64,000 nucleotides of DNA from an uncultured Solirubrobacterales bacterium (GTDB lineage: Bacteria; Actinomycetota; Thermoleophilia; Solirubrobacterales; 70-9), in the NCBI GenBank assembly GCA_963703895.1, contig CAVPFX010000003.1:139049-203048 (forward strand). The letters are read 5' to 3'. Below are positions 1 to 9,661 of this stretch, one piece after another. Both the position numbers and the translations under genes were made by a program. The notes beneath the pieces are model-generated. The model was given only the letters and a program-made list of their open reading frames with translations. It did not search any database and had not been told where the DNA came from. The stretch's first letter is position 1, and each line of letters begins with the position of its first letter.

Positions 1-203
1 GCGGGTGTGAATGCCTCGATAGACCTCGCACCCTCGTCGCGCTCGTCGGCGTGTTCGCGGAGAACGCGCTTGTAGCCCTGGCCGCATGTGGCATGGACCC
101 AGCCGATCAGCTTCAACTTGGTGATGTAGTGCTCGCCGGCCTCAATCTGCTTCTGGCACAGTCCGCAAGTGCCGTCGAGCTGGGCGAGCGATTCGCCAGT
201 CAC
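1..203 (-). CDS. hypothetical small protein, N-terminal part only (runs off window start); CxxC...HxxC zinc-ribbon-like
   Basis: Not in ORF track because it has no stop in the window. GTG at 203 is preceded by GGAGG (209-213 on minus strand). Hand translation VTGESLAQLDGTCGLCQKQIEAGEHYITKLKLIGWVHATCGQGYKRVLREHADERDEG... stays open to position 1. Confidence 0.4.
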   Translation of the reverse strand, partial: MTGESLAQLDGTCGLCQKQIEAGEHYITKLKLIGWVHATCGQGYKRVLREHADERDEGARSIEAFTP

Positions 204-327
204 GCTTTCCTCCGGCTTGGGTGCGGAAGGTGCGAAAGGTGCAAAAGCTGCCTATCCTTTTCCCCCGCCTGTGCGCGCCCGATAGGGTGAGTAAGAACTG
301 CACCTTCTGCACCTTTGACACCCGCGC

Positions 328-2217
328 TCACAGGGTGTCCTCCAGCGCGATCCCATCCCACATTCGCACTCCTTGGATGGTGATCTCATTGAATCGCTGC
401 GCCAGTTGGCGGTTGAACTTCTGCTTCCCCTTCGGCCGTCGATTGCTGTCGGCGCACCACTCCTTGTAGGCGGTGTAGAAGCGCGGCTTCGGGGTTCTGG
501 CATCGACATCAACGCGGCAGGCGTCGTCGATAAAGCCAGCGACAGAGTCGGAGTCGGTACGGAATCGCTCCTTCGCCGCTTCGCCGGAGTCGCTGGTGCT
601 GAATGCTCCGCGTTGCTGTAGATCCTCAAGGCGGATTAGCCCGTGGTTCAGCAGCCCCGACAACTCGCCGGGCGTGGTCAGCCGGTCAATCAGGCGCCGG
701 TCGGCTTTCCCGGCCTGGAAGCGCCTGTCGAACGGGATGATCTGCCAGCGGCGGAAGAAGGCATCCGAGCTGTCCGGCGTCGGCGGCGGCTCATTGGCGC
801 TAAAGAGCAGGCGGGCGTAGGGCGAGAAGGTGAACGGGTGGTCGTACTTCCGCTCGGCGGTGATGGCGTCGCCACCCGTGATCGACTTGAAAAGCGACGA
901 TGCCTGCAGCGCCCTCGCATCCAGATCAGCGAAGACGTTGGCGAGCTTCCCGACGAGCTCGGCCGTGGCGAAGCGGTCCTCGTCGAGGCGATGAAGGGCG
1001 ACTGAGGCGACGTTCTCCTTGCCGATCAGCGTGGTGAGCAGGTTGAGCAGGGTGCTCTTCCCGTTTGCGCCCTCCCCCAGGAGCATGAAGGCCGTCTGTA
1101 GGGATTGGTCGGGGATCGTCAGGTATCCGGCCAACTCCCACACCAGCTCGACCAGATCCGGTGCCACCACTTCCCCCACGAACTTCTCGATCGCCGGGCA
1201 GTCCGCCCCTGGGTCGAATGCAACCGGAATCTGGATCGGCGACAGGAAATCGGGCGTGTGCTGCTCGAGGTTCCCGTCAAGGTCGACGATCCCGTTCGTG
1301 CAGTTGACCCGGTCACGAGGTGGCGCGGGCCAGAGCTTCGGCGAGGAGTCGCGCAGGAAGCCCAACGTCTCGTCAACCTTGTTCCGCTTCCAGTCGTCGC
1401 CCAGGTGCCCGATGAGGCGGCTGCGAAGGTCGGCCTCATTGCGGCGGTACGTGCCCTCCGCGTATACGTAGAGCTGGCCGGCGGCGTTCGTCGCGATCGG
1501 CGTTTCCGCCCGTAGGGCCTCAGCGACTCGTCGCGCTACGAATTTAGGCGGGGCGCTCGACGACTGCGCGGGCGTCGCCTCCGCTGGCGGCTCCGGCTCC
1601 GGCTCGACCGCCGCGATCTGCTCTGCGAGCCATTCGGCTGGCTCGCCTGTCGCACGTAGGAGGTCGGCCAGATCCTTGCCATCCGGTAGCTCCAGAATGT
1701 GAGCCTGCTTCCCAGCCCTACGGACGGCGGCGGCGAGCTTCACTGCGTTGTCTCTGCCCGCCGTGTCGCCGTCGAAGAAGATCCAAACGTCTAGCTTGAG
1801 GTCGACGATCTTGGAGTGGCAGGAGTTCACGCCGGGGAGCGCGATGGGCACAAGGCCCTCAAGCGGTGGAGGCAGATCAGGACAGCGGGCCAGGCTGGCG
1901 CCAGCCTCCGAATAGAGAGCCGATATTGCAGCGAGGTAGTCGGACTCGCCCTCGCAGACGATCAGCCCGGCGGCACCGGCGATCGGCACCGGCTGCCAGA
2001 GGTCGAGCTTCTGCCCCTTGGGCTGCTTCGTGATCTCCTCGTTGAGATTTCGGCGGCGCAGGTACTCGCTGCCGTCCGGTGCCGTGTACGGATAGCGGAG
2101 TTCGGCGCCGCTGGCGACGATGCCTAGAGCTGCAGCCACGCCGGGGGCGATGGCGTGCTCGCTGAAGTAGCGCAGCGCGGGCGCCGAGAACGTAGGGGCC
2201 GTCGCGCTAGGCATCAA
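328..2217 (-). CDS. phage/plasmid-type DNA primase-helicase (Toprim + D5_N/P4-type SF3 helicase)
   Basis: Toprim-like motifs CEGESDYLAA and FFDGDTAGRD near the N-terminus. Walker A GEGANGKSTLLN in the C-terminal half. The architecture is typical of P4-family primases of integrated elements. Confidence 0.8.
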   Translation of the reverse strand: MMPSATAPTFSAPALRYFSEHAIAPGVAAALGIVASGAELRYPYTAPDGSEYLRRRNLNEEITKQPKGQKLDLWQPVPIAGAAGLIVCEGESDYLAAISALYSEAGASLARCPDLPPPLEGLVPIALPGVNSCHSKIVDLKLDVWIFFDGDTAGRDNAVKLAAAVRRAGKQAHILELPDGKDLADLLRATGEPAEWLAEQIAAVEPEPEPPAEATPAQSSSAPPKFVARRVAEALRAETPIATNAAGQLYVYAEGTYRRNEADLRSRLIGHLGDDWKRNKVDETLGFLRDSSPKLWPAPPRDRVNCTNGIVDLDGNLEQHTPDFLSPIQIPVAFDPGADCPAIEKFVGEVVAPDLVELVWELAGYLTIPDQSLQTAFMLLGEGANGKSTLLNLLTTLIGKENVASVALHRLDEDRFATAELVGKLANVFADLDARALQASSLFKSITGGDAITAERKYDHPFTFSPYARLLFSANEPPPTPDSSDAFFRRWQIIPFDRRFQAGKADRRLIDRLTTPGELSGLLNHGLIRLEDLQQRGAFSTSDSGEAAKERFRTDSDSVAGFIDDACRVDVDARTPKPRFYTAYKEWCADSNRRPKGKQKFNRQLAQRFNEITIQGVRMWDGIALEDTL

Positions 2218-2431
2218 CGCCGCCTTCCTGCTCGACCTTTTCGATCCCGTCGAGCTTGAACCTGACGTAGCGACCGAGCTTTACCACCACGCCATCGGGG
2301 AACAGCCCTTCACGGGCCATCCGCAATGGGGCCTTCTCCGGAGTCCTGCCGGGGAGCTGCCAGCGTGCGGCAACCTGCTCTGCGGTCAGGAGCGTGTCGG
2401 CGGTGACTGGCGAGCCAGTTGATGCGGTCAT
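2207..2431 (-). CDS. excisionase/AlpA-like helix-turn-helix DNA-binding protein
   Basis: 74 aa. LLTAEQVAARWQL...LRMAREGLFPDGVVVKLGRYVRFK resembles Xis/MerR-type HTH_17. Its start overlaps the upstream stop (ATGA) and its end overlaps the primase gene. Confidence 0.6.
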   Translation of the reverse strand: MTASTGSPVTADTLLTAEQVAARWQLPGRTPEKAPLRMAREGLFPDGVVVKLGRYVRFKLDGIEKVEQEGGVDA

Positions 2432-3855
2432 GCCGCACCTCTGGCTGGAGCTACAAGGTCATAGGCGCCCCGAAGGGCTAGGGGCGGTGGGTCAGGATCA
2501 CCACCGCCAGGGTCATCATCCCCTGGCGAGCCGCCACCGGCTGAGCGGCTGGTGATGCGGCGAGATCCACATACGCGGGTCGAGGAACCGCGGGAGGCTC
2601 GGCGGCGCCGACCGGTGCGACGTGAGACCCGAAGGGCTGAACGGACCACTCCGATCTGAGACCTCATGGCGAGACGGGAGACGTGGCGCTGATCCATGAT
2701 GATTCGGACCTCTCCATTCGCCAGCCGCCGCGCCTCGAAGTGCTCAAAGCAATCGTCCCCCTTCCGCTTAAGGGCCGAGCGTTCGCTATGGCGGGTGAGG
2801 CGCCCTGTGAAGTGCTGGCACCGTCGAACATCGCCATCGAGGAGAGCACGCAGGAACCCCAGCATCTCTCTGGTGCTTAGAACTTCTGCGATCAGAGGGC
2901 CTAGATTGTCGGCGAGATATGCGTAGCGCGGATCGAGGGCGTCGGCGCTGCGCTCCAGAATGTGCCCCGCGACCTCACACCACCAGTCGTAGTACTGACT
3001 CTGGGCCTCGTCCTTGTCGGCAGCGAACTGACGCGGATCATCAAACAGGGCCTCGCCCCTGGCCCGCGACCACAGGGGTTTGATCTGTGGAAACTGCTCG
3101 TCGCCCGCCGGCTCGAAAGGGCGCATGGACGGATACTCGAAGTCGGCTCCGCGAGATTCGTACTTCATATCGAGATCCCCCCCAAGCACAAGAGAAGGCC
3201 AGGCATAGCCACAGAGGAGCAACGCGCAAACGGTGAGGAGTCCGAGAACTCGTCGCCGGGGTCTTTCACCCGGCTCAGGTTCGCCACCAGGGTCATCGCC
3301 CCCTGAGCCGTCGCGGCTGCTAACTGATCGGCTAGCTGTACGGCGAGATCCGCGGGTTCGCGATGAAGATACCCGTGACGCCCTTGCCCGACTGCGAGTG
3401 CGTCGGGACTCGACAGAGAGAGAAGGGGACGCCATTGCCAGTCGCGCGTTGCCCTGGGGGCGTGGTGGCCGGAGGAGCAAGTTGGACGCACGCCGCACCA
3501 TCCCCGGAGTCGGGCCAACTTCACGAAGGCCCTGCATGAACGAGGGGGAACGCTCCGCGCAGATCCTCACGATCGCCCTGTAGAAAACGGACTGCTCTCG
3601 CTCGACCGGCTCAGGTGAGAAGTAGCCCCCCGCTTCAAAGGTTCGCCGGTCAACCTCAGCGACGTGAGCGAGGGCCGATCGCACGTCCGCAGAGTCGACG
3701 AGGTGCCCTGGGATTGCCCCCGCCGTGGCCTGCCCCTTGATCCGTTCGATCGCTTCATCCACCAACTGGTCGGACTGGTCACACGGGAAGCGAGAACCAA
3801 ACCAGCGCTGGCGGAGCGTCGCGGGAGAGAGCCGAGACTCAGGGGCGCTGGGCAT
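2428..3855 (-). CDS. hypothetical protein; the 475-aa ORF may be a fusion artefact of two genes (second possible start ATG 3168)
   Basis: Two ordinary-looking domains are each followed by an Arg/Ser-rich ...DDPGG.P.P segment that derives from a dispersed DNA repeat (3271-3408 and 2488-2625). See findings for the frame analysis. Confidence 0.35.
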   Translation of the reverse strand: MPSAPESRLSPATLRQRWFGSRFPCDQSDQLVDEAIERIKGQATAGAIPGHLVDSADVRSALAHVAEVDRRTFEAGGYFSPEPVEREQSVFYRAIVRICAERSPSFMQGLREVGPTPGMVRRASNLLLRPPRPQGNARLAMASPSLSVESRRTRSRARASRVSSSRTRGSRRTASRSVSSRDGSGGDDPGGEPEPGERPRRRVLGLLTVCALLLCGYAWPSLVLGGDLDMKYESRGADFEYPSMRPFEPAGDEQFPQIKPLWSRARGEALFDDPRQFAADKDEAQSQYYDWWCEVAGHILERSADALDPRYAYLADNLGPLIAEVLSTREMLGFLRALLDGDVRRCQHFTGRLTRHSERSALKRKGDDCFEHFEARRLANGEVRIIMDQRHVSRLAMRSQIGVVRSALRVSRRTGRRRRASRGSSTRVCGSRRITSRSAGGGSPGDDDPGGGDPDPPPLALRGAYDLVAPARGAA

Positions 3856-4133
3856 ATGGGCTTGTCGGGGGCTGGGCGTTCATCGCTGGTCGGCACGATA
3901 GGGAACCGACCGGTCGACATCGGCGGCACTCGCCCCAGACGCGGAAACGGCCCCAGCAGGGGCCGCGCCGCAGCGAATAGAACGTCCAGGCAATTAAGCC
4001 CACCAGCATGGTCTCAGATGGGGCGGTCGTCACAGCAAGCGGTGACGAGGTGTCACCGCTTGCGGAGGGTCTCGGTACATGGTCGGTACATAGACCCTCG
4101 TATTCCGCTTTGGAATGGGCGAAATCGCGCTCT

Positions 4134-4181
<48 letters not shown>

Positions 4182-4201
4182 GTTGGCTGGGGAGGGTAGC
4201 G

Positions 4202-4573
4202 CTAGGCGCTGAAGAGCTGCGCCAGGGAGCGGCCGACGTCGGGGGGCTCTTCCTCGCCTTTGGCGGCCGCGGCGGCGCCCTCGGAGATGGCTTTGGCGGC
4301 GTCGGCGATCTGATGGGTGCGGCCGCCGCGGATCGAGCCGGTCTTCTTCGCTTCGGCGAGGTCGGATTCCATCAGGCCGGCGAGCTCGGCGAGGCGGCGC
4401 AAGCCGATGACGCCGGCAGCACCGCGCAGGGCGTGGGCCTCGATTCGCATCGTCTCGAAGTCGGTGGTCTCGGTCGCAAGGCCCGCCGCGATCACGTCGC
4501 AACGGCGTTTCGCCTCCTCCGCGAAAGAGGCCAGCAGCTCAGCATCGGGGCTCGGGCTCGTCTTCTCACTCAT
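4202..4573 (-). CDS. single-domain histidine phosphotransfer (Hpt) protein
   Basis: MRIEAHALRGAAGVIGLRRLAELAGLME matches the Hpt H-x-L-K/R-G...G..L signature. Start taken at MSEKTSP (ATG 4573), which forms an ATGA overlap with the upstream stop. Confidence 0.7.
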   Translation of the reverse strand: MSEKTSPSPDAELLASFAEEAKRRCDVIAAGLATETTDFETMRIEAHALRGAAGVIGLRRLAELAGLMESDLAEAKKTGSIRGGRTHQIADAAKAISEGAAAAAKGEEEPPDVGRSLAQLFSA

Positions 4574-5664
4574 TCTGCGGTCAGTCCCTTCACCACGCGG
4601 GTCAGTTCTTCGACGCCGAAGGCGCCCTCGATCTCGTCCTTGATCCTTCCATCTCGGCCGATCGCGAACAACCACGGCTCGGTCGGCAGGTGAAAGGCCT
4701 TTACCTGGGGTCGCACGTCCTTGCTCGGATCGTTGTCGTTGTAGATCTCCATATGGATGAACGCGGCTTCGTCGCCGTAGATCTGCTTGACCTGCTCAGC
4801 CACGTCGACGACCGGTCCGCAGACGCGACTCTGGCAGAACTGGGGCGTGGCGAACAAGAGGACGATCGGTTCTTTTCCGAGTGCGTCGGCGTAATCGACC
4901 CTGTTCTGCGTGTCCGGCGGAATCCGGGTGGTGATCTTCGAGAGGTCGCCGCCGACGTCGTCGGGAGTCGGGGTGTGGATCGACGGGGCCTTTTGACCCT
5001 CGCGAGGGATCTTCGTGAAGGCACCAACTTCGGCGCTCGGCAGCAGCGTTGACGTGAGTTCTCCGTCCTTCTCGATCAGGGCAGCGATGCGCCACTCGCC
5101 GTCCTTGGGAAAGTCGATGTCGGTTGTGTAGACGACCGAGGCGGCGTCGGGGTCGCTGGTCGTCGTCTGGGCGCGGAAGGCCGGCTGGGTCTGCAGCGAT
5201 TCGATCGATGCGGGAAACGGGCCGACCGCGGGCTGATCGAGGGCCCGTTCCTGTTCCTTCTTGGCGCTGGTCCCCTTGGTCGCAGAGCTGAATTTGTCAC
5301 CGCTCCTTGGCTCTTGGCCTGGCACCCGAGCGAAGTAGAGGGCCACGTCCGCATCGCCGACCTGCGTGCGGTCGCGCTCGAAGACGCCGAACGGATAGCG
5401 GTTCTCCCCTGTGTAGAAGACGCGTGCGGCGGGCGAGACGACGAGGGTCGAGGGGCCGTCGGCTGCTTCCAGCACCTGACCAAGGGTCTTGCCCTTGGCG
5501 CTGGGGAAGTCGCTCTTCGGCGGCGCGGGGCGGCTTTCCGCCGAGGTCGAGCTGGAATCGGTCCCGTCGTCGGAGCCGCTGCCGCAGCCGGGCAGCGCAA
5601 TCGCCGCCAGCGCGAGCAGGCAGGCAGACACGGCGAGGGCTCGGCGAGAGAGCATCGGCGGCAT
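4570..5664 (-). CDS. thioredoxin-fold (TlpA/SCO-like) lipoprotein
   Basis: Signal peptide and lipobox in MPPMLSRRALAVSACLLALAAIALPGCGSG. C-terminal LLFATPQFCQSRVCGPVVD redox-type Cys pair in a thioredoxin-like context. Start chosen at M17 of the track ORF. Confidence 0.55.
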   Translation of the reverse strand: MPPMLSRRALAVSACLLALAAIALPGCGSGSDDGTDSSSTSAESRPAPPKSDFPSAKGKTLGQVLEAADGPSTLVVSPAARVFYTGENRYPFGVFERDRTQVGDADVALYFARVPGQEPRSGDKFSSATKGTSAKKEQERALDQPAVGPFPASIESLQTQPAFRAQTTTSDPDAASVVYTTDIDFPKDGEWRIAALIEKDGELTSTLLPSAEVGAFTKIPREGQKAPSIHTPTPDDVGGDLSKITTRIPPDTQNRVDYADALGKEPIVLLFATPQFCQSRVCGPVVDVAEQVKQIYGDEAAFIHMEIYNDNDPSKDVRPQVKAFHLPTEPWLFAIGRDGRIKDEIEGAFGVEELTRVVKGLTAE

Positions 5665-5762
5665 GTTATTCACGGCGATGCCGCCGCCGTAGCGCGATCC
5701 CACGCGCCGCACGCGGCGAGATAGGGTCCGCGACGAAAGCGGTCGAGCAAAAGGAGAGGGTC

Positions 5763-6494
5763 TTGGCGGAGAGAGCGGCGTTGATCACCGGAGCATCGAG
5801 CGGCATCGGGCTTGCGGTCGCCCGTGTGCTCGGCGAAGAGGGCTACGCGCTGACGGTCTCGGCGCGGCGTCCCGACAAGCTCGAGAGTGCTGCCGAAAGC
5901 CTGCGCGCCGACGGTCTCGAGGTGCAGAGCGTCGCCGCCAACATGACCGACGAGGACGACGTGGTCGGCGTCTTCGCCAAGCATCGCGAGACTTACGGCC
6001 GGCTCGACATGCTGATGAACAACGCTGGCGTCGGCATCGGCGCGCCGATGGAGGAGATCCAGACCAAGCACCTCGACATGCAGCTCGGGGTCAACCTGCG
6101 GGCACTGATCATCGGCACCCGCGAGGGCCTGCCGATGCTGAAACAGGCCGGTGCCGAGCACGGCAAGGCACTGCTGGTCAATACCGCCTCGATCGCCGGC
6201 AAGGGTGGCCAGGCCTGGCTCTCGATCTACGCCGCGACCAAGGCCGCGGTGATCAACTTCACCCAGTCGACCCACCGCGAGGTCGGCAATGCCGGCATCC
6301 AGTGCACGGCGCTGGCGCCCGGCTTCGTCGACACGCCAATGACCGAGTTCGCCAAGGGGCAGGTGCCGGGCGAGGAAATGATCCGCCCAGAGGACCTCGG
6401 CGAGGCGGTCCGCTTCCTGTTGCGCACATCGCGCAACTGCCACGTGCCGGAGATTGTCTTCACCCGCCCCGGCGAGGGACTTGACACGCCCTGA
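5763..6494 (+). CDS. short-chain dehydrogenase/reductase (SDR)
   Basis: ALITGASSGIGLAVA Rossmann motif plus YAATKAAV catalytic motif. TTG 5763 is preceded by AAGGAGAG (5751-5758). The upstream Arg-rich part of track ORF 5307.. is rejected. Confidence 0.8.
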   Translation: MAERAALITGASSGIGLAVARVLGEEGYALTVSARRPDKLESAAESLRADGLEVQSVAANMTDEDDVVGVFAKHRETYGRLDMLMNNAGVGIGAPMEEIQTKHLDMQLGVNLRALIIGTREGLPMLKQAGAEHGKALLVNTASIAGKGGQAWLSIYAATKAAVINFTQSTHREVGNAGIQCTALAPGFVDTPMTEFAKGQVPGEEMIRPEDLGEAVRFLLRTSRNCHVPEIVFTRPGEGLDTP

Positions 6495-6593
6495 CGGCCC
6501 CAGACGCCGCCATGCGGCGTCCTCGGTCGCCCGCATAGCGCTGCTATTCGGGTTCCCTGCGTCCTTGCCTGGCAACGTCTGGACCTCGTCAGC

Positions 6594-7787
6594 ATGCGAT
6601 TTCTAGTCGCGGCCTTCGGCGACCCCGGGCACGTCTATCCGGCGATCTCGCTGGGGCGGGCGCTGCGGGGGCGCGGTCACGAGGTCACGATCGAGACCTG
6701 GGAGGAGCGGCGGGCCGCGGTCGAGGGCGCCGGGCTCGGCTTCGCGGCCGCCGAGGAATACCGCATGTTCCCGCCGCCGGATCCGGACTCCGCCGAGGGG
6801 GAGCACGCCGCCGAGGCGGCGCGGGCGCTGCTGCCCCTGCTCGAGGAGATGCGGCCGCACGTCGTCATCAGCGACATCCTCACCCTAGCCCCATCGCTGG
6901 CGGCCGAGAAGGCGGGTGTGCCGCTGGCGACGCTAATCCCCCACATCTATCCCGTGGTCGAGCCCGGCCTGCCCTTCTTTGCCGTCGGCCTGCAGCCGCC
7001 GCGGACGCCGCTTGGGCGAGCGGTGTGGAAAACCGGCCAGCGAGCCCTCAACATCGGCCTCGAGCACGGCCGGCGGGATCTCAATCGCCAGCGCAGCCGC
7101 CTCGACTTGCCGCCGGTCGAGCGCTTCCACGGCGGCATCAGCACCGAGCTGGCGCTCGTCGGCACCTTCCCCCAGCTCGAGTACCCGCGGCAGTGGCCAG
7201 CCGGGGTTGAGATCACGGGCCCGATGACCTTCGAGGTTCCGCATCCCGATATCGAGCTGCCGCCCGGCGAAGCGCCGCTCGTGCTCGTCGCCCCCAGCAC
7301 CGCCCACGACTCCGAAAACCACCTGGTCCGCACCGCGCTGGCAGCGCTGGGGGACGAGCCGGTACGCGTGGTCGCCACCACCAACCGAGTCGTTCCGCAG
7401 AGCCCGATCGAGGTTCCCGCGAACGCCGTCCTGGTCGACTGGCTCAGCTACAGCCAGCTGATGCCACTCGCCTCGCTGGTCATCTCCCACGGCGGCCACG
7501 GCACCGTGGCGCGAGCTCTCAGCGCCGGCACGCCGGTCCTGATCTGCCCGATCATCGGCGACATGAGCGAGACCGCGATGCGCGTCGCCTGGGCCAAGTG
7601 CGGCCTCTCCCTCCCCTGGCGGCTCTGTCAGCCGACCCCGCTGCGCTGGGCCACCCGCCGCATGCTGGAGGACGACTCGTTCGCCAGTCGCGCGGAAGAG
7701 CTGGCCGGGTGGGCGAGTGAGCACGACGGCGCCGAGCGCGGCGCCGAGCTGATCGAACAGCTGGCCCGGACCCATACGCCCGCCTAG
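6594..7787 (+). CDS. GT1-family (MGT/UDP-glycosyltransferase-like) glycosyltransferase
   Basis: N-terminal FGDPGHVYPAISLGRAL and C-terminal ISHGGHGTVARALSAGTPVLICP are typical of GT1 / UDP-glucuronosyl-glucosyl transferases. Confidence 0.7.
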   Translation: MRFLVAAFGDPGHVYPAISLGRALRGRGHEVTIETWEERRAAVEGAGLGFAAAEEYRMFPPPDPDSAEGEHAAEAARALLPLLEEMRPHVVISDILTLAPSLAAEKAGVPLATLIPHIYPVVEPGLPFFAVGLQPPRTPLGRAVWKTGQRALNIGLEHGRRDLNRQRSRLDLPPVERFHGGISTELALVGTFPQLEYPRQWPAGVEITGPMTFEVPHPDIELPPGEAPLVLVAPSTAHDSENHLVRTALAALGDEPVRVVATTNRVVPQSPIEVPANAVLVDWLSYSQLMPLASLVISHGGHGTVARALSAGTPVLICPIIGDMSETAMRVAWAKCGLSLPWRLCQPTPLRWATRRMLEDDSFASRAEELAGWASEHDGAERGAELIEQLARTHTPA

Positions 7788-7860
7788 CTCCGGGGGTGGG
7801 ACTCGAACCCACAACCCCGCGATTAACAGTCGCGTGCTCTACCGATTGAGCTACCCCGGA
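7788..7860 (-). tRNA. tRNA-Asn (GTT)
   Basis: Minus strand reads TCCGGGG-TA-GCTC-AATCGGTA-GAGC-A-CGCGA-CTGTTAA-TCGCG-GGGTT-GTGGG-TTCGAGT-CCCAC-CCCCGGA-G. This is a complete cloverleaf with no encoded CCA. Confidence 0.9.
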
Positions 7861-7882
7861 ATAACGGTGAGGAATGTACCGA

Positions 7883-9661
7883 TTAACCGCTGACGCGCTC
7901 GGCGTGGGCGATGCGTTGGACCAGGGCGGCGCGCTCCATGCTCAGGGCCGCGCGTCGTTGAGAGTCTTCGGCTTCGCCGGCGGCAGCGATCTCGGCCTCG
8001 ATGCGGCGCTGCTCGAGCAGCAGGTAGTTGAGCTCCATCGCCTCGGGTGAGGCGGGCTCGTCGTGGGCGGTGATGATCAATTCGGCGACCAGGCCGGAGA
8101 GCTCGGCGTCCTCGCGAGGCAGATTGGAGGCGGGGTCCTCGGGGTTTTCGCGCAGCCAGGCGGCCGCGCGGGAGCCGAGGCGGGTGAGGTGCTCGTCGCT
8201 GAGCTTGCTCAGGTAGCCCTTGCCCTCCTCGGGCAGGGCGATGCACATTGCCAGCAGGGCGCGCTCGCGGCGCTCGCGCGAGGTCAGCTCGCCGGTGCGG
8301 CGCGGCGCCGGTACGGGCCCGCCGCGCGGTGTCTCCGGTTCGGCCGAGCCACCGCTGAGCGGCTGGGCGGCGACCACGCGCCCCATCACCATCGCCGGCT
8401 CCAAGTCGAGCCGCTCGGCCACCCGTCGCACCAAATCGTCGCGGCTGGCGCTCTCCCCCAGCCCGGCCATGATCGGCGCCACCTCGGCCAGAGCGCGATC
8501 CCGCTCGGCCGGCGAGGAGACGTCGGTGCGGGCGAGCACGAGGTCGACCTGGAAGGCGGTCAGCTCGACGGCGCCGTCGAGCAGGGCGCGGAAGCGCTCC
8601 GCGCCGCCCTCGGCGGCCATCATCTCGGCCGGGTCCTCTCCCGCCGGCATCGCCGCCACCCGCAGGCGCATCTTGCGTCCGGCGGCTACCCGCTGGGCGC
8701 GCAGCATCGCCTCCTGACCAGCGGAGTCGGCGTCGAGCGCCAGGATCACCTCGTCGACCATGCCCGAGAGCGAGGCGACCTGCTCGTCGGTGATCGCCGT
8801 GCCCATCACCCCCACCGCCTCCTCGATCCCGGCCTGGTGCAGGGCGAGCACATCGGTGTAGCCCTCGACCACCACCGCCCTCCCCTCCTTGGCGATCGCG
8901 CCCTTGGCAAGGTCGATGCCGTAGAGCATGCGGCTCTTGTGAAAGAAGTCGGTCTCGGCGGTGTTGACGTACTTCGCCCCTTGATCCGAGCGCATCGCCC
9001 GACCGCCGTAGCCGAGGGTGCGCCCGCGGCGGTCGCGGATCGGAAACATGATCCGCGAGCGGAAGCGATCGTACTCGCCCCCGCCCCGCCCCTTCTGGAC
9101 CAAGCCGACGCCGCGCATCTCCTCGACTTTGAAGCCCGCCCGCTGGCCGCGCAGCAGGACTTTGTCCCAGGCGCTGGGCGCGTAGCCAACCGCGAACGCT
9201 TTCAGCACCTCCTTGCCGAGGCCGCGCTCGGCGAGGTAGTCGCGTGCCTTGCCCGCCTCGTCGGAATCCCAGAGATAAGCGGCGTAAAAGCCCGCGGTGC
9301 GGTCGAGTAGCTCGCCCAAGCGGCGACGCTGCTGGCGCTTGGCCTCGGCCCGCGGGTCCTCGCGCTCGCGCTCCAGCTCAACCCCGTAGCGGTCGGCGAG
9401 CAGCTCGACCGCCTCGGCAAAGCCGAGCCCCTCCTTCTCCTCGATGAACTTGATCGTGTCGCCGCCGACCCCGCAGCCGAAGCAGTGGTAGAGCTTTTCC
9501 CCGGCGTCGACCGAGAACGAGGGCGTGCGCTCCTCGTGGAAGGGGCAAAGCCCGACCCAGCGCGCGCCCTGGCGGCGCAGGTCGGTGTGGGCCGAGATCA
9601 CCTCGACGATGTCGACCGCCTGCTTGACCCGCTCCAGGCTCTCGCTCGAGATCAGTGCCAC
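7883..9661 (-). CDS. dnaG: DNA primase DnaG
   Basis: Zinc finger CPFHEERTPSFSVDAGEKLYHCFGCGVGGD and Toprim EGYTDVLALHQ...ALDADSAGQ. Start placed at GTG 9661 (VALISSESLERVKQ), overlapping the dgt stop. The track ORF extends to 9751. Confidence 0.9.
   Translation of the reverse strand: MALISSESLERVKQAVDIVEVISAHTDLRRQGARWVGLCPFHEERTPSFSVDAGEKLYHCFGCGVGGDTIKFIEEKEGLGFAEAVELLADRYGVELEREREDPRAEAKRQQRRRLGELLDRTAGFYAAYLWDSDEAGKARDYLAERGLGKEVLKAFAVGYAPSAWDKVLLRGQRAGFKVEEMRGVGLVQKGRGGGEYDRFRSRIMFPIRDRRGRTLGYGGRAMRSDQGAKYVNTAETDFFHKSRMLYGIDLAKGAIAKEGRAVVVEGYTDVLALHQAGIEEAVGVMGTAITDEQVASLSGMVDEVILALDADSAGQEAMLRAQRVAAGRKMRLRVAAMPAGEDPAEMMAAEGGAERFRALLDGAVELTAFQVDLVLARTDVSSPAERDRALAEVAPIMAGLGESASRDDLVRRVAERLDLEPAMVMGRVVAAQPLSGGSAEPETPRGGPVPAPRRTGELTSRERRERALLAMCIALPEEGKGYLSKLSDEHLTRLGSRAAAWLRENPEDPASNLPREDAELSGLVAELIITAHDEPASPEAMELNYLLLEQRRIEAEIAAAGEAEDSQRRAALSMERAALVQRIAHAERVSG

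Noticed and set aside
5307-5762. N-terminal 152-codon extension of the SDR ORF
   Set aside because: The translation is Arg-rich and overlaps the well-supported lipoprotein gene on the opposite strand. A TTG start with an AAGGAGAG RBS sits right before the Rossmann motif.
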